Shown piece by piece: positions 9,203 to 16,837 of a stretch of DNA of 24,000 nt. Made by a program: the position numbers and the translations under genes. Positions within the stretch are counted from its first letter, which is position 1; the number at the start of each line of letters is the position of its first letter. A model generated the notes under the pieces. The model was not told the DNA's origin and did no database searches. It was given only the letters and a program-made list of their open reading frames with translations. The stretch is from Patescibacteria group bacterium (lineage in GTDB: Bacteria > Patescibacteriota > SICC01): assembly GCA_009694835.1 (NCBI GenBank), contig SICC01000001.1, positions 2,588 through 26,587 of the forward strand, read 5' to 3'.

Positions 9203-9700
9203 ATGAACATTGCTCCCGACACGAAGCACAAAGCGGCCCGAATCGGCCGCATCGGTGCCGTCGTCGCCATGGCTACCCTGACCCTGGGTACCATCGACGC
9301 GGAACCAGTGGCCGGTCACGGACAGTACATTGCTCGAGCCGAAAGCTTGAACCCGGAACCGATTGCTGCCAGTGCCCCGGCGCCGATTGTGAAACAGGAA
9401 ATCGTTGACGAGACGGTCACTGAATCAACTACTGCCACACAGGTTACCACCGCGACTAAGAAGCGCTCAGGCGGCGGTGGATGCGGTCTCGACTACATCA
9501 AGGCTCACGAGTCCGGTGGTCGCTACAACGCCGTCAGCGGCAGCGGTAAGTACCGTGGTGCCTACCAGTTCGACCAACGCACCTGGAACTCGGTCGGTGG
9601 ATCCGGCGACCCAGCCGCCGCCAGCCCAGGAGAACAGGACTCACGAGCCGCGGCCCTCATGTCATCGCGTGGATCGTCCCCATGGTCCGTCTGTCACTGA
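9203..9700 (+). CDS. Secreted resuscitation-promoting-factor-like transglycosylase-family protein
   Basis: 165 aa; N-terminal hydrophobic segment, low-complexity linker, C-terminal CGLDYIKAHESGGRYNAVSGSGKYRGAYQFDQRTWNSVGGSGDPAAASPGEQDSRAAAL (Rpf/lysozyme-like fold motif), terminal Cys. Confidence 0.88.
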   Translation: MNIAPDTKHKAARIGRIGAVVAMATLTLGTIDAEPVAGHGQYIARAESLNPEPIAASAPAPIVKQEIVDETVTESTTATQVTTATKKRSGGGGCGLDYIKAHESGGRYNAVSGSGKYRGAYQFDQRTWNSVGGSGDPAAASPGEQDSRAAALMSSRGSSPWSVCH

Positions 9701-9723
9701 TCTGAATTAACACTGAATTTGCA

Positions 9724-9754
9724 TAGAGCCCGCCAGAAGGCGGGCTCTATTTTT
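9724..9754 (+). terminator. Rho-independent terminator
   Basis: TAGAGCCCGCC-AGAA-GGCGGGCTCTA followed by TTTTT; 11-bp perfect stem. Confidence 0.9.
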
Positions 9755-9869
9755 ACTACTAAGAATGACTGACTCTGTATAATCGACAGGTCGCTCGGCC
9801 CCATACTATGTATGGGCCCGCTTCGCTCGGAAATGAGAGAATGCAAGCATTCTCCGCTTCCTCGCTCAT

Positions 9870-9941
9870 GGCCCCATCGTCTAGCGGCTAGGACACCAGG
9901 TTCTCATCCTGGAAACGGGAGTTCAATTCTCCCTGGGGTCA
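9870..9941 (+). tRNA. tRNA-Glu (anticodon CTC)
   Basis: Acceptor GGCCCCA/TGGGGTC, anticodon arm CCAGG-TTCTCAT-CCTGG, T-arm GGGAGTTCAATTCTCCC; CCA not encoded. Confidence 0.95.
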
Positions 9942-9943
9942 CA

Positions 9944-11299
9944 TCAAGGTCGACGTTTGGATGCGATAGGCAGCCGGGACACGGCGAACGCTACGATGAC
10001 CGCGAGCAGCCAGAGACCGTGGGGGAGCGTCAGGAAGAAATGGTCGGTCAGGCCCATAGCCAGGGCCGTGATGAGCATCCAGAAGGCTAACCATTTGAGC
10101 TGGAAACTTTCGCCAGATGCCTTTAGCCGTACCAGTCGCCAGATTAAATCGCCCAGAAACCAGACCAACAGTCCAGCCGCAATCACTCCCAATTCGGCGG
10201 TTACGAGCAGTAGCAGGTTATGTACTGGTTGGCGCTGATATGGCGTCAGGTCGGGCCGGAGTTCGTCAATGACCGGGCTGTAGTTTCCGGCTCCCACACC
10301 CCACGGTTGCTGGCCAATGATTTGACTGGCCGCCTCGTACTGGACGGTGCGGTGGCCAACCCCCACCTGGACCGCATTCTCCGGATTGGCCCGGTTTTCG
10401 ATCGGTTTGAGTATCAGTATCGAGACAATGACCACCGCAACCAGAGGAATGACCAGACCCCACGGTTGTTTTTTTGAGGTGCGCCACAGGGTGATGATGA
10501 GAGCTCCGGCTGCGATAGCCACGGTTACCCAGGCGGTGCGGGAAAAGGTCAGCAAGAGCGCGACGCCGATGAGGGCTGAGAGCGCACCCAATCCCCACTG
10601 TCGGATTGGCGACTGAACGGTTCGCCAGAGGGCCCAGATCAGTATCAGTAACGCTGGGGCTAGCAGGGCAGACAACACGTTGGGATGCGGCAAGGACCCG
10701 TAGGCGCGCAGCACGCCGTCAGCGCCGCCAGGAACCAGGGCGATTTGTTCGAAGGGTGGCCGCAGGATATTCTCACCGATGGCCTGAAGACCGAGGTCAC
10801 GTTGGACGAGATATTGGGCGATGGCCCAGACTGATTCAAACGCCGCCACCCCGACCAGAACGGCCATGATTCGTTTGAGGAAAACTGGCTTGGTTAGTTC
10901 GGTTGCCAGCATGACGCAGAGCAGCAGGGCAATCAGATAGTGGCTAGTGATGACCACCGCCAGGTTTGGCACCAGCGCCCAGGTGACTGACAACAGGCTG
11001 ATACCCAGAGCGGCGAAGACCGGCCAAAAGACCTTGAGATTACGCCAGGAAGGGCTCCTGAACGCCACCCAGAGCACGAACACCATGGCGATCAGCGCTT
11101 CCAGCGGATAGAACTTCGGCACGGTGTAAATAGTGGAATACCCCTCGATATAGCCATTTTTTACGCCCACATAGGCCAGTGGTAACAGAGCGACGATGGC
11201 TAGCAAACCAGCCTGTACCAGAGTCCGTAATCGACCGTAGATACGCTGTGGGGGTTTGTTTGTGGTTTTTTGTGGCATCCGGAACTGCTTGACAACCAA
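9944..11299 (-). CDS. O-antigen ligase/polymerase (Wzy/WaaL-like) family membrane protein
   Basis: Up to 451 aa (TTG start at 11299; ATG alternative at 11278), ~10+ TM segments, PHPNVLSALLAPALLILIW and periplasmic-loop motif GAGNYSPVIDELRPDLTPYQRQPVHNLLLLVTAELGVIA. Confidence 0.85.
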   Translation of the reverse strand: MVVKQFRMPQKTTNKPPQRIYGRLRTLVQAGLLAIVALLPLAYVGVKNGYIEGYSTIYTVPKFYPLEALIAMVFVLWVAFRSPSWRNLKVFWPVFAALGISLLSVTWALVPNLAVVITSHYLIALLLCVMLATELTKPVFLKRIMAVLVGVAAFESVWAIAQYLVQRDLGLQAIGENILRPPFEQIALVPGGADGVLRAYGSLPHPNVLSALLAPALLILIWALWRTVQSPIRQWGLGALSALIGVALLLTFSRTAWVTVAIAAGALIITLWRTSKKQPWGLVIPLVAVVIVSILILKPIENRANPENAVQVGVGHRTVQYEAASQIIGQQPWGVGAGNYSPVIDELRPDLTPYQRQPVHNLLLLVTAELGVIAAGLLVWFLGDLIWRLVRLKASGESFQLKWLAFWMLITALAMGLTDHFFLTLPHGLWLLAVIVAFAVSRLPIASKRRP

Positions 11300-11317
11300 G
11301 CTACATTTTGGTAGGAT
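11289..11317 (+). promoter_or_regulatory. Sigma70-like promoter TTGACA-17-TAGGAT
   Basis: Consensus -35 with 17-nt spacer, ~30 nt upstream of the ORF at 11347. Confidence 0.6.
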
Positions 11318-11346
11318 GATTCAATTCTAAACCAAACAAACACCTC

Positions 11347-11931
11347 ATGGAAAAAGAAAGCTTCTCGTCCGGCCTGAAAGGCCTAGCCAGCAATAAGAAA
11401 CTGCTCGTCGCAGTCGTTGTCGCCATCGGCACCATTGTCGCGCTGGCAACTTTTGCGTCCGACGGCTCCGGCTATGGTCGAGTCAAGGTCATTACCAAGG
11501 TTAATGGTGCTCAAAAGACGATTGCCCATTCAATTGCGAAGATTGACTGTACACTTCCGAAAGGGGCTCGGCCAACTTACCAGCCCAGCTACCAGCCTTC
11601 GTACCAACCGACGTCCAGTCCAGGACCGACGTACAGCCCAGAACCGACGTACAGCCCAGGATCGACGTACAGCCCTCGGCCGAGTTATCAACCTAGCTAC
11701 CAACCGACGTATCAGCCGGGTAAGTCTGGCAACAACAAGTTTTATCAGAGCCTCGCAGTCGGTGCCGACGGTATCGCGGTGAGCAACCCGATTCCGTCCG
11801 GATCGAAGTGCCAGGTGACGATGCACCCGGTCAGTGGCTACGCTGTGACCAATAGCCGGGTCCAGACCAAGCCCATTGCTCGGAAGAAGACCACGGAATA
11901 CACCTTCAAGCTGAAGAAACAGTCAAAGTAA
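11347..11931 (+). CDS. Hypothetical secreted/membrane-anchored protein with Pro/Tyr-rich repeat linker
   Basis: 194 aa; N-terminal TM, linker PTYQPSYQPSYQPTSSPGPTYSPEPTYSPGSTYSPRPSYQPSYQPTYQPG, C-terminal Lys-rich domain. Confidence 0.7.
   Translation: MEKESFSSGLKGLASNKKLLVAVVVAIGTIVALATFASDGSGYGRVKVITKVNGAQKTIAHSIAKIDCTLPKGARPTYQPSYQPSYQPTSSPGPTYSPEPTYSPGSTYSPRPSYQPSYQPTYQPGKSGNNKFYQSLAVGADGIAVSNPIPSGSKCQVTMHPVSGYAVTNSRVQTKPIARKKTTEYTFKLKKQSK
11572..11718 (+). repeat. Coding tandem repeat (Y-[QS]-P-x degenerate repeats)
   Basis: Repeated Tyr-Gln-Pro / Tyr-Ser-Pro tetrads, visible in DNA as CCGACGTACAGCCCA-type repeats. Confidence 0.85.
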
Positions 11932-11943
11932 GCCGCTAATCTC

Positions 11944-12366
11944 TCAAACTTTGTTGGTGGTCGCTCCGGCGGCCGCTTTTTCTGTAGCTGGCTTTTTTGG
12001 AGCCGGTGGTTGCTCCAGGCCTTTCTTGGCGTCTTCGCAGAGTTTGGCGAACGCTTCCGGTTGTGAGTAGGCCATCTCGGCCAAAATCTTACGGTCGAGC
12101 TCGACGCCTTTGTTTTTTAGGCCGTACATGAACTGCGAGTAGGAGAGTCCGTGCTGGCGAGCGCCGGCGTTAATGCGTTGGATCCAAAGGCGACGGAAGT
12201 CACGCTTACGGGTGCGACGGTCACGGTAGGCGTACGTCCAGGCCTTGAGAAGGGCCTCACGCGCCTTCTTCACCGAATGGCGTCGCAGACCGCTGTAGCC
12301 CTTGGTTTGCTTAAACAGACGCTTGTGACGCTTATGGGCGGTGACGCCTCGTTTCACTCGAGTCAT
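11944..12366 (-). CDS. rplT: 50S ribosomal protein L20 with Ala/Pro/Lys-rich C-terminal extension
   Basis: MTRVKRGVTAHKRHKRLFKQTKGYSGLRR...RRDFRRLWIQRINAGARQHGLSYSQFMYGLKNKGVELDRKILAEMA. Confidence 0.97.
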   Translation of the reverse strand: MTRVKRGVTAHKRHKRLFKQTKGYSGLRRHSVKKAREALLKAWTYAYRDRRTRKRDFRRLWIQRINAGARQHGLSYSQFMYGLKNKGVELDRKILAEMAYSQPEAFAKLCEDAKKGLEQPPAPKKPATEKAAAGATTNKV

Positions 12367-12566
12367 GCTTTTCCTAACAGCTTACGAGCGCGGTGATTGT
12401 CAGCCTCGGAGACCCCGGTCACCCCGCGCTTATCGCGCTTATTGGTCGCACTCTTGTGCTCCAACATATGACTGGTAAACGCTCGGCGGCGCTTAAGTTT
12501 GCCGCTGGCGGTCAACCTGATGCGGGCCGCGGCTCCTTTATGGGTCTTAACTTTTGGCATACCCAA
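12363..12566 (-). CDS. rpmI: 50S ribosomal protein L35
   Basis: MPKVKTHKGAAARIRLTASGKLKRRRAFTSHMLEHKSATNKRDKRG. Confidence 0.95.
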   Translation of the reverse strand: MGMPKVKTHKGAAARIRLTASGKLKRRRAFTSHMLEHKSATNKRDKRGVTGVSEADNHRARKLLGKA

Positions 12567-12601
12567 ATAGTCTACAGTCTACGGACCATAGTCGAAAGTC
12601 T

Positions 12602-13177
12602 TTATTGTTCAGTCGTTTTTGGAGATTCGGCTGGTTTTTCATCCGACTTTTCTGACTTTTCGGATTTTGCGGCCTTATTGTCCGGCGTAACCATCACCGA
12701 AACACTGCGGCCTTGGCGGATCGGCTCGCCCTCCATCTTGGAGTTGGCGAGGGTTCCGGCCAGTTCTTTCACCCGAGTGATGGCGGCGCGGGGATTTCCA
12801 TTCTCGCGACCCTTCATCATCAAGTTCAGTTTCACTTTCTGATTCTCCTCGAGGAATCCCTTGGCGCGTTCCATCCGGTAGCCCAAATCGTGCGGGCTAA
12901 TCTTCATCGTCAGGCGGACTTCTTTGACCGTTCCGGCTTTAGACTTCTTCTGCTTCTGCTGCTGTTTATCCTGCTCGTACTGATACTTTCCGAAATCCAT
13001 AATCCTCGCCACTGGCGGCTTGGCGTTCGGGGCCATTTCCACCAAATCGAGTTCGGCGTCCTTAGCTTTGGTAATCGCGTCTTCACGCGACATCACCCCG
13101 AGTTGTTCATTCTCGGGTCCAATTACGCGAAGTTCAGAGGCTCGGATGTCCGGGCCGAGGCGGTATGTTCGGGCTAT
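12602..13177 (-). CDS. infC: Translation initiation factor IF-3, with apparent AUA start codon
   Basis: The track ORF starts at an internal GTG (13096) and lacks the conserved N-terminus. Upstream in-frame codons encode (I/M)ARTYRLGPDIRASELRVIGPENEQLGV, matching the IF-3 N-terminal pattern. AGGAG lies 7 nt before ATA at 13175-13177; there is no ATG/GTG/TTG in frame back to the upstream stop. Confidence 0.85.
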   Translation of the reverse strand: MARTYRLGPDIRASELRVIGPENEQLGVMSREDAITKAKDAELDLVEMAPNAKPPVARIMDFGKYQYEQDKQQQKQKKSKAGTVKEVRLTMKISPHDLGYRMERAKGFLEENQKVKLNLMMKGRENGNPRAAITRVKELAGTLANSKMEGEPIRQGRSVSVMVTPDNKAAKSEKSEKSDEKPAESPKTTEQ

Positions 13178-13280
13178 GGTCGCACTCCTAGTAGTTTCAG
13201 AGGCGTATGGGCGACGTCGGTCATGAGCTTAGCGTAACGCAGCCGGTTTCCATGCGTCCAGTCGAGCCTGGTTGCTGAGG

Positions 13281-13679
13281 CTACTGCCAGAATGAGAATA
13301 ACCAGCTTCCGAGGTGTCCGACCACGTTTGAGTGATCATTCCAGATAGTTAGCCCGACGATCACTAAAATCAGCACCACGATGGTAACTCCGAGCTTTCG
13401 GAGGTCGCGGCGGACGGCCGGGTACTCAACGTCCTCGATTTCCTTGTCCACGCCGTGGTCGCCGCGGGTAGCGGTCGGGGTGAAGGTTGCGGTGACGGGA
13501 GCGGCCGCTGGTGCGGGTTCAGGAGTGGCGGCAGGTTCAGTCGATTCAGGCGCGGCGTCAGACGTCGGCTCCGCCTCAACCGGAATCGGCGTCGAGGCGC
13601 GCTGTTCTGGCCCGGAATGGCCAAGTCCTTTCCGCTCGCGGCGGCTCAGCTTTCGTCGTTTCTTATGTTTCTTAGCCAT
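13281..13679 (-). CDS. Hypothetical protein: basic N-term, low-complexity linker, single C-terminal TM
   Basis: 132 aa; MAKKHKKRRKLSRRERKGLG... LRKLGVTIVVLILVIVGLTIW; SD present upstream. Confidence 0.6.
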   Translation of the reverse strand: MAKKHKKRRKLSRRERKGLGHSGPEQRASTPIPVEAEPTSDAAPESTEPAATPEPAPAAAPVTATFTPTATRGDHGVDKEIEDVEYPAVRRDLRKLGVTIVVLILVIVGLTIWNDHSNVVGHLGSWLFSFWQ

Positions 13680-13792
13680 TTCAGTTAACAGACTTCAGTC
13701 ATCAGTCTACAGACTTAGTTTAACCCATACACTTTTTAACCGATGACCGACGTCTGTTGACCGTTGACAGTAAAGCAAGCTACCATAATGAT

Positions 13793-15310
13793 ATGGCGGC
13801 AGCGATTACCACGGCGACGTTGATTGGGTTGGAAGTGATTCGGACTGAGGTTGAAGTTGAGGTTGCCAACGGCTTGCCAGGCCTGCACATTGTCGGACTA
13901 CCAGATAAGTCGGTCGATGAAAGCCGAGAACGGGTTCGGGCCGCCATTCGGGCGGCCGGTGGGGAACTGCCGGCCCAACGGATCACCGTGAACCTGTCGC
14001 CAGCCGATGTCCGCAAGGAGGGTTCCGGGTTCGATCTGCCGATTGCTATTGGGATTCTGGCGGCCAGCGGACAAATCGAGCAACCGGATAAAGATGAGTG
14101 GTTCCTGGGTGAATTAGCCTTGGATGGCCGGTTGAAACCGATTCGCGGGATGCTGACGGTGGCCGCCGCGGCCAGGCAAGGCAGTCGGCCTCGGCTGTTT
14201 TTGCCGGCGTTGAATGCGCCAGAAGCCGCCTTGGTCGGCGGCGTGTCGGTCTACGGGCCAGAAGGACTTACGGAACTGGTTAATCACTTGAACGGCGAGC
14301 GGTTACTTTCGCCAGCTAAGCAAACCAAACTCGGCGTGACGGAACAGACAATCGAGTATGACCTGGCTGATATCCGAGGCCAGCAGCATGGTAAACGAGC
14401 ACTGGAGATTGCGGCGGCCGGTGGACATAACTTGTTGCTGACCGGTCCGCCGGGAACAGGCAAGACCTTACTGGCCAAAGCCATGCCGGGAATTCTGCCG
14501 CCGCTTTCCTGGGAAGAAGCCTTGGAAGTCAGCGCCATCTACAGCGTGGCTGGATTGCTGACGGCCGGACAACCGGCCGTAACGGCGCGCCCGTTTCGCA
14601 GCCCGCACCATTCTGTCTCGCTGGCGGGATTGATTGGCGGCGGGAGTTGGCCGCGGCCGGGAGAATTATCATTGGCCCATCGCGGTGTGTTGTTCTTGGA
14701 TGAACTTCCGCAATTTCCATCGCACGTACTGGAAGCATTACGGGCACCGCTCGAAGATCGGACGGTCCGCATCAGTCGGGCTCAGCACACTCTGACGTTT
14801 CCAGCCGATTGCGCGTTAGTCGGCAGTGCCAATCCGTGTCCCTGTGGATTCGCGGATGACCCGGTCAAAGCCTGCACCTGTTCGCCGTATACGGTCGAGC
14901 GGTATCGCCAACGGTTGTCCGGACCGATTCGTGATCGATTCGACGTGGTGGCGTCCGTCCCGCGGGTCGACTTCCAGACCATTCGCGACCAACATGCGGA
15001 GTCATCCGAGGTAGTTCGTGAACGAATCGTGGCAGCCCGGATTCGCCAGACCGAGCGATTAGGCCAAGGCCGTACCAACACCACGCTCAACACTCGGGAA
15101 CTCGAAGTCTTTGCCGCCGTTGAACCAGACGTCGAACGATTGCTCGGTGAGGCAGTCGATCGCTGGCAGCTTTCAGTGCGCGGGTATCATCGCGTACTGA
15201 AAGTGGCTCGGACCATTGCCGATCTGGAAAGTGCCACCAATCTCAATGAAAACCACGTCGCCGAAGCCTTGCAGTACCGCGAACCGGCTCCGTCTGCGGT
15301 TACGGTGTAG
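13793..15310 (+). CDS. comM: YifB/ComM family Mg-chelatase-like AAA+ ATPase
   Basis: NGLPGLHIVGLPDKSVDESRERVRAAI, Walker A LLLTGPPGTGKTLLAKAMPGILPP, FRSPHHSVSLAGLIGGG, GVLFLDELPQF. The track start is TTG 13757; ATG 13793 is preferred because a promoter-like TTGACA overlaps the extension. Confidence 0.93.
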   Translation: MAAAITTATLIGLEVIRTEVEVEVANGLPGLHIVGLPDKSVDESRERVRAAIRAAGGELPAQRITVNLSPADVRKEGSGFDLPIAIGILAASGQIEQPDKDEWFLGELALDGRLKPIRGMLTVAAAARQGSRPRLFLPALNAPEAALVGGVSVYGPEGLTELVNHLNGERLLSPAKQTKLGVTEQTIEYDLADIRGQQHGKRALEIAAAGGHNLLLTGPPGTGKTLLAKAMPGILPPLSWEEALEVSAIYSVAGLLTAGQPAVTARPFRSPHHSVSLAGLIGGGSWPRPGELSLAHRGVLFLDELPQFPSHVLEALRAPLEDRTVRISRAQHTLTFPADCALVGSANPCPCGFADDPVKACTCSPYTVERYRQRLSGPIRDRFDVVASVPRVDFQTIRDQHAESSEVVRERIVAARIRQTERLGQGRTNTTLNTRELEVFAAVEPDVERLLGEAVDRWQLSVRGYHRVLKVARTIADLESATNLNENHVAEALQYREPAPSAVTV

Positions 15311-16193
15311 TCTTCTTGGCCGCGTGGTTCTTGGTCGGCTTTTTGTCCGGCTTGGTACGCGCTACCTTTGGTTCGGAAATTCTGGCTTGGTACGCCTCCC
15401 AACAGATTTCCCGGTACTTTTGGGCTTGATCGAGCGGAGAGGCGTGATTGTAGATGTCGCTGCCGACAATCAGTACGTCGGCCCCGGCCTCAACCAAGGT
15501 TTCCGGTGAGGTATATTGCTGGCCGAGCTTGTCGTTTCCGCCGCCAATCTTGATTCCCGGGGACATTATTATGAATCCCGGCGGAGCCAGGCTGGCAAGC
15601 AGCGGAACTTTAGATGCGCCCGCCCCGATGAATCCCATCACGAAATCTTCGTTTTCCACAGCCACCTTCACGACCCTCTCGGTGTAGTCGTCGTCAATCA
15701 GATTATCTTTTGAGCTCATCTGAGCTAGTAGGAGGACGGCGCGCTTATCGAGCATGTCGTAGTTTTCGACCTCTTCCCGAAGCCCCTGAACGATTCCCGG
15801 TCCGGAAATAGCATGGGCGTTGACGATATCGGCCCATTCAACGATGTGAAAAATACCTTTGGTGTATTGGTTCCTGACCGTTTTACCGATATCGGAGAAC
15901 TTCCGATCTTCGAAAATCAGGAAGTTGTGTTCGCGAGCCAGGGTGGCCAGCTCAACGGTCATCTTGCCTGTGAAATGCTCAAGTGTGTCGACGTGCGTTT
16001 TCAACACGGCAATCTCCGGGCCAAGCGCGGCCGCCAATGACATAAAGCGTTCTGGGTCGGTCTCGTCGAGTGCTACACAGAGGTTTGTTTCTTTCTCACT
16101 CATCAATCCGAATAGGTGACGAGCTAAAGCGCACGATGCCAGCTCGGCTCGTTCAGAGAACGTCAGCTGAAGGCGGTCTTTTGAAACTGGCAT
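15300..16193 (-). CDS. pyrF: Orotidine 5'-phosphate decarboxylase, eukaryotic URA3/UMPS-like type
   Basis: 297 aa; LCVALDETDPERF, VLKTHVDTLEHF, NFLIFEDRKFSDIGKTVRNQY, EWADIVNAHAISGPGIVQGL, MSSKDNLIDDDYTERVVKVA, GGGNDKLGQQYTSPETLVEAGADVLIVGSDIY. Confidence 0.92.
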   Translation of the reverse strand: MPVSKDRLQLTFSERAELASCALARHLFGLMSEKETNLCVALDETDPERFMSLAAALGPEIAVLKTHVDTLEHFTGKMTVELATLAREHNFLIFEDRKFSDIGKTVRNQYTKGIFHIVEWADIVNAHAISGPGIVQGLREEVENYDMLDKRAVLLLAQMSSKDNLIDDDYTERVVKVAVENEDFVMGFIGAGASKVPLLASLAPPGFIIMSPGIKIGGGNDKLGQQYTSPETLVEAGADVLIVGSDIYNHASPLDQAQKYREICWEAYQARISEPKVARTKPDKKPTKNHAAKKTTP

Positions 16194-16837
16194 TATTTCA
16201 GTCCCATTTTTTTACCCCAGCCAGCTGGGTCGGATGCCCATTCGAGAACCTTATCGCGGGAATCGCTACTTAATTGGCCTTTCCGTTCCGCCACGCTTAC
16301 TAAGGTTCGGAAGTTGGTTAGGGTATACAGTGGCGTCTGAGCTTTCTTAAACGCTTTTACCGCTTCTTCCATTTGGTAGGTAAAGATACCAACGACCCCG
16401 AGTGGTTCTGAACCGGCGCGCCGGATGGCGTGGACTGACCCGAGGGCACTTTGGCCAGTACTGACTAAGTCCTCGATTATGAGCGTTTTCGAACCAGGTT
16501 TCAGGACACCCTCAATTTGGTTCTTCTGCCCGTGGCGTTTGGCGCGTTGTCGGACGTAGACCATTGGCACATTCATGGCAGCTGCCAGCCAAGCTGCCCA
16601 GGGAATGCCAGCCGTAGCTGTACCGGCAATCGCATCGATTCCTTTGAAATTTTCCCGTGCCTGCTTCTCAAGTAGCTTCGAGATTTTCTTGCGGTCATCG
16701 GGGTAGGACAACAAAACGCGCAAGTCGTTATAGATTGGCGATACAATTCCGGAGGTGTAACGGAACGGCTCATCTGGTTGCAGGGTAGTAGCCCCTCGTT
16801 CGAGCAGAATCTCGGCAATCACCGCATCATTTTTCAT
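16193..16837 (-). CDS. pyrE: Orotate phosphoribosyltransferase
   Basis: 214 aa; EPFRYTSGIVSPIYNDLRVLLSYP, GIAGTATAGIPWAAWLAAAMNVPMVYVRQRAKRHG, PRPP motif TLIIEDLVSTGQSALG. Confidence 0.93.
   Translation of the reverse strand: MKNDAVIAEILLERGATTLQPDEPFRYTSGIVSPIYNDLRVLLSYPDDRKKISKLLEKQARENFKGIDAIAGTATAGIPWAAWLAAAMNVPMVYVRQRAKRHGQKNQIEGVLKPGSKTLIIEDLVSTGQSALGSVHAIRRAGSEPLGVVGIFTYQMEEAVKAFKKAQTPLYTLTNFRTLVSVAERKGQLSSDSRDKVLEWASDPAGWGKKMGLK

Noticed and set aside
9812-10869. ORFs overlapping the O-antigen ligase gene and tRNA-Glu
   Set aside because: Overlap a strongly supported membrane protein gene and a tRNA; no motifs.
13020-13237. Plus-strand ORFs antisense to infC (12713-13237, 13020-13226)
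   Set aside because: Composition mirrors the infC coding strand; antisense shadows of a real gene.
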